A stretch of DNA of 64,000 nucleotides. It comes from a bacterium (GTDB lineage: Bacteria; Zhuqueibacterota; Zhuqueibacteria; Residuimicrobiales; Krinioviventaceae). The DNA lies in the NCBI GenBank assembly GCA_963674595.2, contig CAXXFV010000019.1:1-64000 (forward strand). Direction: 5' to 3'. Both the position numbers and the translations under genes were made by a program. The notes under the pieces are model-generated. The model did no database searches and was not told the origin of the DNA. It saw only the letters and a list, made by a program, of their open reading frames with translations. Below, one piece after another: positions 48,594 to 58,459 of this stretch (position 1 is the first letter of the stretch; each line of letters starts with the position of its first letter).

Positions 48594-50096
48594 TTATAAA
48601 TTCTCATATTTTTTCTTAAACTGAATAATACCTGATGAGATAGCCCTGGCAACAGATTTATAAAAAGACCTGCTTTTTAATTTGTTTGCATCACGCCAAT
48701 TTGTAATGAATGCTGTCTCCACAAGCACATTCGGCATGGATGCGCCGTAAAGCACATAAAATCCAGCCTGACGAACGCCATGACTCTTTGAATTGCAACG
48801 CTCCTTTAGCTCTTTATCTAAAATGGCAGCAAAATCCTGGCTTTCGAGGTTGTATGAATTTTGTGCGTTTGCAGCAAGAATAAACGCGGCTTCCGACATA
48901 CCGGCATATTCATTTTGTGAATCTTCATACTTGATTACAGAGTTTTCATATTGTGCAGCTTTTCGTGCAGCTTCTGTCTTTGCAGGTCCGAGAAAATAGA
49001 CCGTATGGCCGCTTACACTTTTTACCGGATTAGAATCGACATGAATACTAATAAACAGTTTGCCACCTTGTTCATTGGCATATTTTGTACGTTTTTTCAC
49101 CGGCACATGCTTGTCATGGTCTCTGGTTAATAAAACATTTACATCCGAATATTTTTCCAGCTCATTTTTCAATTCCAAAGCTATAGCAAGCGTAATATTT
49201 TTTTCATACAATTTGGCTCTTCCAACAGCACCCGGATCGCGGCCGCCATGCCCGGGATCTATGACAATGGTATCAATCTTCCACTTTTCCCGTTCTTTTT
49301 CCAGTTCGGTCAACAAATCATCTGAAATTTGTTCATTAGTTTTTATTGAGACCAGCACGTCCCCGCTGCTCTTGTCAATAATTACCGATTTTTCCAAAAT
49401 AGTACTAAATAAATGAAACGAAATCCGGCACGTTTCTGCGGACAGTTGAATGGGTATAACGGTACGTACCTTTTTTCCGTTATTTTCTACAGGAAAAGGT
49501 CTCAGCGTGTCAACTCTGCCGCCATAAAAATCTACATAGAACCAGTTATTACTTTCACTTGTAAAAATATTTGAAGTGAGAAAATTCTCATTTGTTTTTA
49601 TTCGAAAAAGAATCCCGTTTGCCTTTTCCGCAATGATAACGCCCCGAACATTGGCTTCACTTCCGGAAACCATCAACTCGCTGTTGTTAATGTCATATTC
49701 AAATTTATAAGGAAAAACCGGCTGAATAATTTCAAGGAAAAAGACTATTGGCAGGAAAAAATCACCGTGATGATACAAAACATGGGTCGGCATTTGTTTA
49801 ATTTTGTTGCCGATGCTGATAAACGGGTTAATAGCGGTAATGGTAATCGGTCCGTTAGGCACATCAATAATCAACTGCTTTAACTGTTCATTTTTACTGT
49901 AACCAAGGTCAAAAATTTGACAAAACTGTTCAGCAGAGACAAAATCATATCGGCCGACTTTAACAGTTGTCAATTTTCCAATAGAATTGCCGTTTAAACG
50001 ATGCACCACATTAATCGTATCTGCATGAGCAAAATAGCTTTCAGAAAATACGAAAAACGCAATAATAAAAAAAATTGCTGAATTTTTTCTAGTTAT
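48594..50096 (-). CDS. N-acetylmuramoyl-L-alanine amidase (Amidase_3); start uncertain (GTG 50009 or ATA 50096)
   Basis: IVIDPGHGGRDPGA, EKNITL, LTRD, FISIHVD, FYVL..MPNVLVETAFITN. Confidence 0.9.
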   Translation of the reverse strand: MTRKNSAIFFIIAFFVFSESYFAHADTINVVHRLNGNSIGKLTTVKVGRYDFVSAEQFCQIFDLGYSKNEQLKQLIIDVPNGPITITAINPFISIGNKIKQMPTHVLYHHGDFFLPIVFFLEIIQPVFPYKFEYDINNSELMVSGSEANVRGVIIAEKANGILFRIKTNENFLTSNIFTSESNNWFYVDFYGGRVDTLRPFPVENNGKKVRTVIPIQLSAETCRISFHLFSTILEKSVIIDKSSGDVLVSIKTNEQISDDLLTELEKEREKWKIDTIVIDPGHGGRDPGAVGRAKLYEKNITLAIALELKNELEKYSDVNVLLTRDHDKHVPVKKRTKYANEQGGKLFISIHVDSNPVKSVSGHTVYFLGPAKTEAARKAAQYENSVIKYEDSQNEYAGMSEAAFILAANAQNSYNLESQDFAAILDKELKERCNSKSHGVRQAGFYVLYGASMPNVLVETAFITNWRDANKLKSRSFYKSVARAISSGIIQFKKKYENL

Positions 50097-50932
50097 TTTT
50101 TTGATAAATATTCACTCGCTCTTTTCAAATATTCTTTTTCCGCATCAGAAATTCCATCATAACCAACTTCGTTAATACGGTCCAAAATTCGATCGACTTC
50201 CCGTTGTTTTTCACGAATTTCTTCTTCCCGTCTTTTGGTACGCATTATTGACCGCTGCTGTTGTTTCAGGCTGATTTTTCGGGCAAAACGTGATATAACA
50301 AAATTCCCCTTTAACAAAACAAACCCGACAAGGGCCCCGCCTAAATGGGCCAAGTGTGCAACATGATCCGAAACTCCAAAAATCTGTCCTTGAATACCGG
50401 AAAAAATAGAAATTCCAACAAAAATCCCCACCAGATATTTTGCTTTTAAACTGACAGGAAAAACAAAAAATAACAAAAGAGTAACAACTCTATCAGGGAA
50501 AAGAACGGCAAAAGCAACAAGCACCCCGTAAATTGCACCGGATGCGCCAATAACCGGTATCGGAGAGCCCCAGCTAAATAACAAGTGAAATAATCCGGCG
50601 CCGATGCCGGTCAGCATATAATATTCAAAAAACTTTTTTGATCCGAGTGAACGTTCCACCTCACAGCCAAACATCCAAAGGGTAAACATATTAAATAAAA
50701 TATGAAAAAAACTTTTAACGCTGTGCAGGAACAGATAGGTCCCAAGCTGCCAGATGCCGAAATTATGAATGATAAAATCAGGACGCAAGGCAAAAATGCG
50801 CGTTATCGGATCACCAAACCGTACCGTTAACAATTGTAAAAAATAAATTGCCACATTGGCTACAATTAAATTCCGAACAACAGGCGTTAAACCTCCCCCA
50901 AAACCGAATTGTAATCTTTTTTCGTAATACAT
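50093..50932 (-). CDS. Rhomboid intramembrane serine protease
   Basis: WQLGTYLFLH, HILFNM, GASGA, AHLAHLGG, C-terminal VDRILDRINEVGYDGIS. Confidence 0.93.
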   Translation of the reverse strand: MYYEKRLQFGFGGGLTPVVRNLIVANVAIYFLQLLTVRFGDPITRIFALRPDFIIHNFGIWQLGTYLFLHSVKSFFHILFNMFTLWMFGCEVERSLGSKKFFEYYMLTGIGAGLFHLLFSWGSPIPVIGASGAIYGVLVAFAVLFPDRVVTLLLFFVFPVSLKAKYLVGIFVGISIFSGIQGQIFGVSDHVAHLAHLGGALVGFVLLKGNFVISRFARKISLKQQQRSIMRTKRREEEIREKQREVDRILDRINEVGYDGISDAEKEYLKRASEYLSKK

Positions 50933-50938
50933 TTAATT

Positions 50939-51580
50939 TTAACGTATATCCAAAATAACACCCAATCGAAAGCCCAATCCCGAAAGATCGATACGCTCAC
51001 TTACAGGCAATCCTTTTGTGCTTTTTTCCAAATCTCTGGTTACTTCGCAACTATTATAAAATACTTCTGTTGTTAATGTCGATCGGGAACCGACATGATA
51101 AAAAATACCACCGGCAGCCTGCCAGCCAAGTCCTTTATAAGTGCGGGATTCGCTGGTCTCAAGGTCGTAATTTTTTTCTTTACTAAATAAAAATTGATAG
51201 CTTAAACTTCCGTTAATATAATATCCGAAATATCGACCAGCCGGTATTTTAACATTCAAGGCAATTTTTAAAGGCAATATTGTACGTGTATAATCTACCA
51301 GCTTTTCTTCGGTTTGAATCGTTGTGCCGGCTGCTTCTTCAGTTGCTACCGGTGTTTGATCAGAATAGGTTTTATGCATAAAATCCACACCAAAAGCAAC
51401 ATCAACAGCGTCGTCAATTTCTTTGCCAAGCATAACACCTATCAACATTCCACCCTTTGAATCGTTCGGGTTCAGGTATCCTGCATTGACATGTAAAACA
51501 CTTCCAGCCTGTGCGTGAACAATATGTGTAAAAGCAAACATACTGAAAACAATTGCCAGCATGACGCTCATTCTTTTCAT
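50939..51580 (-). CDS. Outer-membrane beta-barrel protein
   Basis: Signal peptide ending AQA; alternating strands; C-terminal LSGLGFRLGV; GGAGG RBS before ATG 51580. Confidence 0.7.
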   Translation of the reverse strand: MKRMSVMLAIVFSMFAFTHIVHAQAGSVLHVNAGYLNPNDSKGGMLIGVMLGKEIDDAVDVAFGVDFMHKTYSDQTPVATEEAAGTTIQTEEKLVDYTRTILPLKIALNVKIPAGRYFGYYINGSLSYQFLFSKEKNYDLETSESRTYKGLGWQAAGGIFYHVGSRSTLTTEVFYNSCEVTRDLEKSTKGLPVSERIDLSGLGFRLGVILDIR

Positions 51581-51754
51581 CTCAACCTCCACATTATAAT
51601 GAAGACCATTTATAAAAATTTCAATATATTAGAAAAAGCTGTTTAAAAAATCAAGTGAAAAATATTGTCAATTTTTGTGTTGACACAAAAATTCCCGGGA
51701 TATGATTTTTAATCAATGGAGACAATTTCTTCAGGATTTTAAAAAATGAAACGA

Positions 51755-53371
51755 TTATACTTGAAATTCGGTCTGTCGTACTATAGTATCTTTATGGTAA
51801 AGCTCTTCATCTCTTTTCGGGTAATCTGTTGTATAATGAAGCCCTCTGCTTTCTTTTCTGAGTGATGCCGAATGAATGATCAACATCGCTACGGTTACCA
51901 AATTTCGCAGTTCTACAAGGCCTTCGGTCATTTTTGTTCGCCGGTAGAAACTTTCAACCTCATGACGAATGACCCGAATACGGCTGAGTGCACGTTCCAA
52001 TCTTAAATTTGAGCGGACAATTCCCACATAATCCCACATTAAATTCTTAATTTCCATTTTATCGTGCGAAATCAGGACCCATTCTTCACTGTTAAAGGTC
52101 CCGCTGTCGTCCCACGGCGGTACCGGAGGTAACGACAAATCCCGATCCTTAACAAATGTCGATGCGGCCTGAGCAGCAAAATCAGAAAAAACCAGTGCTT
52201 CCAATAATGAATTAGATGCCAGACGGTTGGCGCCATGTACGCCGGTACATGTTACTTCACCGGAAGCAAACAATCCGGTAATACTCGTTTGACCGGAAAA
52301 ATCCGTTACAACACCGCCGCACATATAATGTGCAGCCGGCACAACCGGAATAGGTTCTTTTGTTATATCAATTTTAAAACCGGCACATTTTTCATATATT
52401 TTTGGAAAATGATTTTTAATATCAGATGAATTTTTATGTGTAATATCCAAATAAACACACGGTTCGCCACGTTTTTTCAATTCAGCATCAATAGCACGGG
52501 CAACTATATCACGAGGCGCGAGTGAGGCCATTTCGTGATATTTTTCCATAAAATGTTCACCATCTTTAGTAATTAAAACACCGCCAAAACCTCTGACAGC
52601 TTCAGAAATTAAAAAAGACTGGGCCTCCGGATGGTAAAGCGTTGTCGGATGAAACTGCATAAATTCCATATTTGCTATCGGGGCACCTGCCCGGTAACAC
52701 ATGGCAACACCGTCGCCGGTTGCAATATCCGGATTGGTTGTATGCAGGTATACCTGTCCGCAGCCACCGGAAGCTAAAATTGTCGCTTTTGCTAAAAAAC
52801 GCTCAACTTTTTTTGTTTTAGCATTCAGAACATAAGCGCCCCAACAATGTAATTGTGAATTTACATTCGGAAACGGGGTAAACACATGATGTTCTGTTAT
52901 TAAATCGATACTTGTATGATCTTCAAATATTGAAATATTGGGTTCGTTTTTAATGGCTTCTACAAGTGCTTTTTCAACATCCTGGCCGGTATGGTCTTTA
53001 ACATGAACAATACGATGATAACGGTGTCCGCCTTCACGTCCCAGGTCAAACACTCCGTCATTCTTTAATGTAAACGGCACGCCGATGTCACCAAGTTCCT
53101 TAATGAGCCTTGGACCGTTTTCAACGATAAGCCGAACAGCGTCTTCGTTACACAATCCGGCGCCGGCATTCAAAGTATCATCAATATGGTTTTTAAAAGA
53201 ATCCGAGGGATCAAATACAGACGCAATACCGCCCTGAGCATAATTGGTATTTGACTCTGCTTTTGTCTTTTTAGTAACAACAGCAACAGTTCCGTGACGG
53301 GCCAATTTTAACGCACAGGAAAGCCCGGCTATCCCACTTCCAATGACCAAAAAATCACTATTATAGCTCAT
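51755..53371 (-). CDS. nadB: L-aspartate oxidase
   Basis: [74 protein letters not shown]. Confidence 0.96.
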   Translation of the reverse strand: MSYNSDFLVIGSGIAGLSCALKLARHGTVAVVTKKTKAESNTNYAQGGIASVFDPSDSFKNHIDDTLNAGAGLCNEDAVRLIVENGPRLIKELGDIGVPFTLKNDGVFDLGREGGHRYHRIVHVKDHTGQDVEKALVEAIKNEPNISIFEDHTSIDLITEHHVFTPFPNVNSQLHCWGAYVLNAKTKKVERFLAKATILASGGCGQVYLHTTNPDIATGDGVAMCYRAGAPIANMEFMQFHPTTLYHPEAQSFLISEAVRGFGGVLITKDGEHFMEKYHEMASLAPRDIVARAIDAELKKRGEPCVYLDITHKNSSDIKNHFPKIYEKCAGFKIDITKEPIPVVPAAHYMCGGVVTDFSGQTSITGLFASGEVTCTGVHGANRLASNSLLEALVFSDFAAQAASTFVKDRDLSLPPVPPWDDSGTFNSEEWVLISHDKMEIKNLMWDYVGIVRSNLRLERALSRIRVIRHEVESFYRRTKMTEGLVELRNLVTVAMLIIHSASLRKESRGLHYTTDYPKRDEELYHKDTIVRQTEFQV

Positions 53372-53424
53372 AATATTTTTAATTCTAGTTTGTATTAAAA
53401 TTCAGAATTGTTACGACTGAATAT

Positions 53425-53451
53425 AAAAAAAGGTGATGCCGTAACATCACC
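53425..53451 (-). terminator. Rho-independent terminator after the receiver-domain gene
   Basis: GGTGATG-ccgtaa-CATCACC with an A7 run (U-tract on the minus strand). Confidence 0.65.
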
Positions 53452-53459
53452 CTCATAAC

Positions 53460-53822
53460 TTAGGCTATATTTTCCAGGGCAGCTAATAGCTCTCTGTTTT
53501 TTATCGGCCTGGTAATAACTCTATTTATACCATGATGTGCGGCTTTTTTCTGAAGAACCTGGGTTTTTCGATCACAAATACCCACCACTTTAATTTTAGG
53601 ATGTTTGGCCTGAATTCGCAATGCAATTTCAAATGCTTTTTCATTTGCCTTTGGAATGCTCTTATCATCCAAACCTAAAAATGTCAAATCCGTTGATTCC
53701 TGTTCCAAAAGTTGCATCAAATCATCCACATCCTGGGCAACTTCAACATTGTGCCGGTTACTAAGCGTGAGATACATTTGCATCTCTGACCGAAGTTCAT
53801 CATTAAAAATTACTATTTTCAT
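53460..53822 (-). CDS. Stand-alone atypical (pseudo-)receiver domain protein
   Basis: CheY-like pattern, but ND replaces DD, G occupies the phospho-Asp position and RP replaces KP. Confidence 0.7.
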   Translation of the reverse strand: MKIVIFNDELRSEMQMYLTLSNRHNVEVAQDVDDLMQLLEQESTDLTFLGLDDKSIPKANEKAFEIALRIQAKHPKIKVVGICDRKTQVLQKKAAHHGINRVITRPIKNRELLAALENIA

Positions 53823-53917
53823 TCACAACCGCATCAATTATTTATTATGTGTTAATTTTATTTAGAAATAGTAACAATAAAATTAAAATGCGGAAGTAAA
53901 TTTTCTAAATTTTAAGC

Positions 53918-54712
53918 TTATTTTAAATTTGATGATTGTTCATTACATATTTTATTAAACATATAAAAACCGGCAGAAAAAACAATAACCGCCAAAAGAA
54001 ACCATGAGAGCTTTACATGTTGAGGACTGCAATACCAGTCAAGCTGTTCCTCCGGCATATTCATCATGATGAGTGAAAACATGTTATTCAATGCATGTAA
54101 TAAAATTGCAGGAAAAATACTATTACTTTTCCAGGTAATAAAACCGAGAACAAGTCCTAAAAAGGTAATTTGAAGTGCCGTCCAGGGATTAAAATGTATT
54201 AATGCAAAAAGAACAGCGGTAATGACAATGGCATGGGCTGGGTCACGGTAATGTTCAAAAGATTTTTGTATAACACCTCTGAACAGCATTTCTTCGGCAA
54301 ATCCGGCAAACAAAACAGCCGCCGTAAACAAAATGACACCTTCCCGAAAAGAATCAATTGTCACCAAATTTTTCATGGCGATTTCTATTTCTAGGGGCAT
54401 CGGAAATATCAGGGTTATAATTCGATCAATTTCATCGCTTATAACAAATATTGAAACAGCTAAAAGAAGGGACAACAGAAATAGTTGTACGGATATAGGA
54501 TTCAGCCGGAATGTTTTCAATACAGGCATTTTTTGACGAAAAGCAAACACAAGTGCCGGAACAATAATAAAAGACTCACTCAGCAGAGCGACAGACTTGT
54601 CCTGTATAAAAACAGAAAGTAATCCTGTTACAATAATAACAAGGATTGTAATTGCCAAAACAGCTAATAATTGTTTAGGTTTAAATATAGTGTTATCATC
54701 AGATTCAAACAT
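53918..54712 (-). CDS. CPBP/Abi (CAAX) family intramembrane protease
   Basis: EEMLFRG, FALIH, HALNN. Confidence 0.9.
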   Translation of the reverse strand: MFESDDNTIFKPKQLLAVLAITILVIIVTGLLSVFIQDKSVALLSESFIIVPALVFAFRQKMPVLKTFRLNPISVQLFLLSLLLAVSIFVISDEIDRIITLIFPMPLEIEIAMKNLVTIDSFREGVILFTAAVLFAGFAEEMLFRGVIQKSFEHYRDPAHAIVITAVLFALIHFNPWTALQITFLGLVLGFITWKSNSIFPAILLHALNNMFSLIMMNMPEEQLDWYCSPQHVKLSWFLLAVIVFSAGFYMFNKICNEQSSNLK

Positions 54713-54724
54713 AATATATCCATT

Positions 54725-55513
54725 TTATCGAGATAATTGATACAAGAGTACTCCGGCGGCAACAGCAGCATTGAGCGATTCTCCTGCACCCTGTTTAGGT
54801 ATGGAAACAGTTTTATCAAAAAGCGGCAGCAAATTTTCAGATAAACCCTCGGCTTCACTTCCGATTACCACAACATCTTTACCGCTTTTTTTCAAATCAT
54901 AGGATGATGTTTCAGCATTTCCATCAGCAGCAATTATCCGAAATCCATCTTTTTTTAACTGCAAGAGTTGCTGGTACAAGTCCCTGGTTTCCACACAGGG
55001 TATTCTAAAAATTGATCCCATTGTACTGCGCACGACCTTTGGATTATTAAGTTCCACAGATTGTGCATCGAGGAGGATGCCATCACAACCGAACCAATCT
55101 GCAGAACGAATCATTGTTCCCACATTACCCGGATCTTTGATATGATCTAAAACCAGTATAAACGAAGCATTCTTAAAATCTATCTGTTTTTCAGTTGTAT
55201 GAGCGACCAATGCTACACCCTGGGGTGTGCAGGTATCTGAAATCTGCTCAAACTCTTTTTCAGTTGCGGTAATAACCGGTATTTGTAAAGCCCGGGCTTG
55301 TTTTACAATATTATTGATTCGATCGTTTAATTCATTCTTTTGAGAAACAATCAACGTTTCGATATGACTTGTGGCCATACACTCTTCAACAAGCCGAACA
55401 CCCTCAACAAAAATTTTCTTGTATTGTTGCCGATATTTTTTTTGATGTAATAATTTGATATTTTTTATTTGGGCTTTAGAAATTTTCAAGCCCTGATCAA
55501 ATTTATCATACAT
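54725..55513 (-). CDS. TrmH/SpoU family RNA methyltransferase
   Basis: VEGVRLV, DPGNVGTMIRSADWFG, KVVRSTMGS, GSEAEGL, ESLNAAVA. Confidence 0.93.
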   Translation of the reverse strand: MYDKFDQGLKISKAQIKNIKLLHQKKYRQQYKKIFVEGVRLVEECMATSHIETLIVSQKNELNDRINNIVKQARALQIPVITATEKEFEQISDTCTPQGVALVAHTTEKQIDFKNASFILVLDHIKDPGNVGTMIRSADWFGCDGILLDAQSVELNNPKVVRSTMGSIFRIPCVETRDLYQQLLQLKKDGFRIIAADGNAETSSYDLKKSGKDVVVIGSEAEGLSENLLPLFDKTVSIPKQGAGESLNAAVAAGVLLYQLSR

Positions 55514-55515
55514 TG

Positions 55516-56787
55516 TTATTCTTGCTTACCAAGCTGTTGTGCCAGATAGACCGGTACATTATCTGCCTGGACCTGAGTTTGTTCTCCGTCAGACATATTT
55601 TTAATATCGACCATGCGGGAATCGACTTCGTCCTGTCCCAGTAAAATCACATATTTTGCATTTTGACGATTGGCTTCCCGCATTTGGGCTTTAACGCTTC
55701 GACCACCAAAAGCCAATAAAGAAGAAATTTTATGAGCACGGCATTTAAAAGTGAGGTCCAGGGCCATGTTTTTTGCATCGGAACCAACATGTGCAAAAAA
55801 TACATCTAATCCGGCTGGTGTATCCGGTTCCAGTCCCTGCTCTTTCATGCTGAGAATAATGCGCTCAATACCGGATCCAAATCCGATTCCCGGAGTCTGT
55901 TGACCGCCTAATTGTTCAATCAGACCGTCATAACGCCCGCCTCCGCACATGGCATTTTGCGACCCAATACCCTGCGCCCAAACCTCAAACACGGTTTTTG
56001 TATAATAGTCCAGGCCGCGTACAAGCTTGTGGTTTACAACATAATCACGTTTCATCAAATCAAGATAACTGCGCAGTGTATTAAAGTGCTCATTACATTC
56101 ATCACACAGATGATTGCTGATAACAGGCGCTTTTTCAATAATCGGTTGACAAGTTTCAACTTTACAGTCCAGCAAACGCAGCGCATTTCGATCCAGCCGA
56201 CGTTTACAATCTTCACAAATCTCATCAGTATGTTGATGATAATATTCTTTTAACTTTTGAATATAAGTCGGGCGGCAATTGGGGCAGCCTGTACTGTTTA
56301 ACTGGAATTTCAGTCCCTTAAAGCCCAATTCTGCATACAACTGCCATGCAATGGACATCACTTCAAAATCCAGGGCCGGGTCCTGTTCACCAAGGGCTTC
56401 GACATTAAATTGTGTGTGTTGACGAAAACGTCCGGCCTGGGGCCTTTCATATCGAAAAATAGGCCCTATTGAAAAAATCTTGACAGGTTTTGTCTGTACA
56501 TGCATTCCGTTTTGCAGGTATAGCCGCAACACACCGGCTGTAAATTCCGGACGCAGTGTAATAGAATTTTCACCTTTATCCAGAAACGTGTACATTTCTT
56601 TTTCAACAATATCAGTCGTTTCACCGACACCACGAATAAACAGCCCGGTTTCTTCAAATATCGGGGGGTCTACCCGGTTGTATCCATATAAATTTGTAAT
56701 TTCGTATATTTTTTTTTCAATAAACCGCCAATAGGGCTGTTCTTCCGGAAGAACATCGCGGGTTCCTGTAACAGATCGATATTTCAT
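55516..56787 (-). CDS. hisS: Histidyl-tRNA synthetase
   Basis: GTRD, KEMY, LRPEFTA, FRYERPQAGRFRQH, LVRGLDYY, GGGRYDGL, GIERI. Confidence 0.97.
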   Translation of the reverse strand: MKYRSVTGTRDVLPEEQPYWRFIEKKIYEITNLYGYNRVDPPIFEETGLFIRGVGETTDIVEKEMYTFLDKGENSITLRPEFTAGVLRLYLQNGMHVQTKPVKIFSIGPIFRYERPQAGRFRQHTQFNVEALGEQDPALDFEVMSIAWQLYAELGFKGLKFQLNSTGCPNCRPTYIQKLKEYYHQHTDEICEDCKRRLDRNALRLLDCKVETCQPIIEKAPVISNHLCDECNEHFNTLRSYLDLMKRDYVVNHKLVRGLDYYTKTVFEVWAQGIGSQNAMCGGGRYDGLIEQLGGQQTPGIGFGSGIERIILSMKEQGLEPDTPAGLDVFFAHVGSDAKNMALDLTFKCRAHKISSLLAFGGRSVKAQMREANRQNAKYVILLGQDEVDSRMVDIKNMSDGEQTQVQADNVPVYLAQQLGKQE

Positions 56788-56811
56788 ATCTTGAACTAGT
56801 TTCCTTGCATT

Positions 56812-57147
56812 TTATATATGATCCATCATGGAATGAAGGATCGTCTTTGCTCTTTTCATGTGTTTACGTTCTACATAAACATAACAAACGTCGCCAACAG
56901 CACTTGCACCTTTTGCCAGCAAACCGGACGTCATTTCATCAGATTGGAGAACGCAGCCTATACCCTCTTTTTCCAGGGCCTCTTTAACCATTTCGCCGTA
57001 AATTACTCCCGGCAATGAATGCAAAGGGACAAGATCCAGGTCATCTTTTTCCTGCAAAGCATTCTTTTCAACAAGCGGGTTATGACATTTTGGGCACTCG
57101 GCAACATCATCCTGATAAGTGATATTACATTCAGAACAATACTTCAT
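56812..57147 (-). CDS. Zinc-ribbon / DUF2007-like putative signal-transducing protein
   Basis: YCSEC..CPKC..LV, then EMVKEALEKEGI..VYV..AK. Confidence 0.7.
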   Translation of the reverse strand: MKYCSECNITYQDDVAECPKCHNPLVEKNALQEKDDLDLVPLHSLPGVIYGEMVKEALEKEGIGCVLQSDEMTSGLLAKGASAVGDVCYVYVERKHMKRAKTILHSMMDHI

Positions 57148-57182
57148 AACGTCCTCCTTGTCTAATTATTATAAAAAACAAA

Positions 57183-57199
57183 GGGTCTCTATGAGACCC
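57183..57199 (-). terminator. Probable terminator after the PTS IIA gene
   Basis: GGGTCTC-tat-GAGACCC next to an A-rich run. Confidence 0.5.
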
Positions 57200-57223
57200 G
57201 CATCCTTTTTAGACATCAGATTT

Positions 57224-57694
57224 TTAAAGCGAAAAATACTTTTGTTCTTCAGATGAAATAGCTTCAATAATTTCATCGCTGTCACGAGAGGCGGCAAGTC
57301 TCTCCCTGAATTCTTTTCTGTGCATCAACCTTGAAATACGGCTTAAAGCTTTAAGATGCGGTCCTGTCTGGTCCATTGGGCCGACAAGTAAAAAAATCAT
57401 CCTAACAGGTTTTTCATCAATAGATTGAAAATCAACTTCCTGTTTTGTAATTCCAAAGGCGGCTATTAACTGCTCAACTCCATCAGTCTTTGCATGAGGT
57501 ATGGCAACACCATCACCCATACCCGTACTCATAACGCGTTCCCGTTCCAGTACGGCATCCAATACAACCTGTTTATTTTTTAAAGAATGAGCGTTATCCA
57601 AAACATCAACCATTTCTTCAATGATTTTTGTTTTTTCAACGCTGTCCAATGGAATTTTAATAACTTGTTTTGTTAATAGATCGCTTAAATTCAT
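57224..57694 (-). CDS. PTS IIA domain protein (fructose/Ntr type)
   Basis: RERVMSTGMGDGVAIPHA (phospho-His), DFQSIDEKPV, HLKALSRISR. Confidence 0.92.
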   Translation of the reverse strand: MNLSDLLTKQVIKIPLDSVEKTKIIEEMVDVLDNAHSLKNKQVVLDAVLERERVMSTGMGDGVAIPHAKTDGVEQLIAAFGITKQEVDFQSIDEKPVRMIFLLVGPMDQTGPHLKALSRISRLMHRKEFRERLAASRDSDEIIEAISSEEQKYFSL

Positions 57695-57853
57695 AGTTAC
57701 TCCTTACATTTGCCTGACTAATATATAATAAAATTAAAAATTTCCAAACAGTTTTTATGCCCATACCCAAGCCTTTACTATGAATTGTCTTATTTTTGTT
57801 GTATTTTTGAACCAATGCATTAAATTATAGAATAGCTGAAAGGAGCATATATC

Positions 57854-58432
57854 ATGTCCGTTTATGATATAATTAAAAACAGAAGGTCTATTCGCCGGTT
57901 CAAACAACAACCTGTTTCCTATGAAATACTGGAAAAAATGATAGAGGCCGGGCGTTTAGGACCGTCTGCCAATAATTTCCAGCCGATTGAATATATTCTT
58001 GTTGATGATCCCAAAATTGTTCAAAAAATATTTGTACATACCCGCTTGGCAGGCTATTTACCCAAAGGAACAGGGGTCCCTCCTGCCGGTCAGGAACCTG
58101 TTGCTTATATTGCTATTTTGATTAATAAAGAACTTGGCACCAAATGGTCGGCACACGATATCGGTGCGGCAGCAAAAAATATTATGCTGACTGGTTTTGA
58201 AAAAGGGGTCGGGTCCTGTTGGCTGGGTGCCATTAACAGAGAGGAAATTGTAAAACTGCTCAATATTACCGAACACTATGAATTAGACACAATGATTGCC
58301 GTTGGGTATCCCGATGAAGAACCTGTTTCAGAACCACTGAACGATTCTCACAAATATTATAAAGATGAATCGGGGAAACTACATGTTCCAAAACGGGAAT
58401 TACAAAACATCCTGCATCATAATTCATTTTAA
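57854..58432 (+). CDS. Nitroreductase family protein
   Basis: RRSIRRF, PSANNFQP, GVGSCWLG, VGYP. Confidence 0.92.
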   Translation: MSVYDIIKNRRSIRRFKQQPVSYEILEKMIEAGRLGPSANNFQPIEYILVDDPKIVQKIFVHTRLAGYLPKGTGVPPAGQEPVAYIAILINKELGTKWSAHDIGAAAKNIMLTGFEKGVGSCWLGAINREEIVKLLNITEHYELDTMIAVGYPDEEPVSEPLNDSHKYYKDESGKLHVPKRELQNILHHNSF

Positions 58433-58459
58433 GCTGAAAAATTAAAAGAGGATTTTTTT

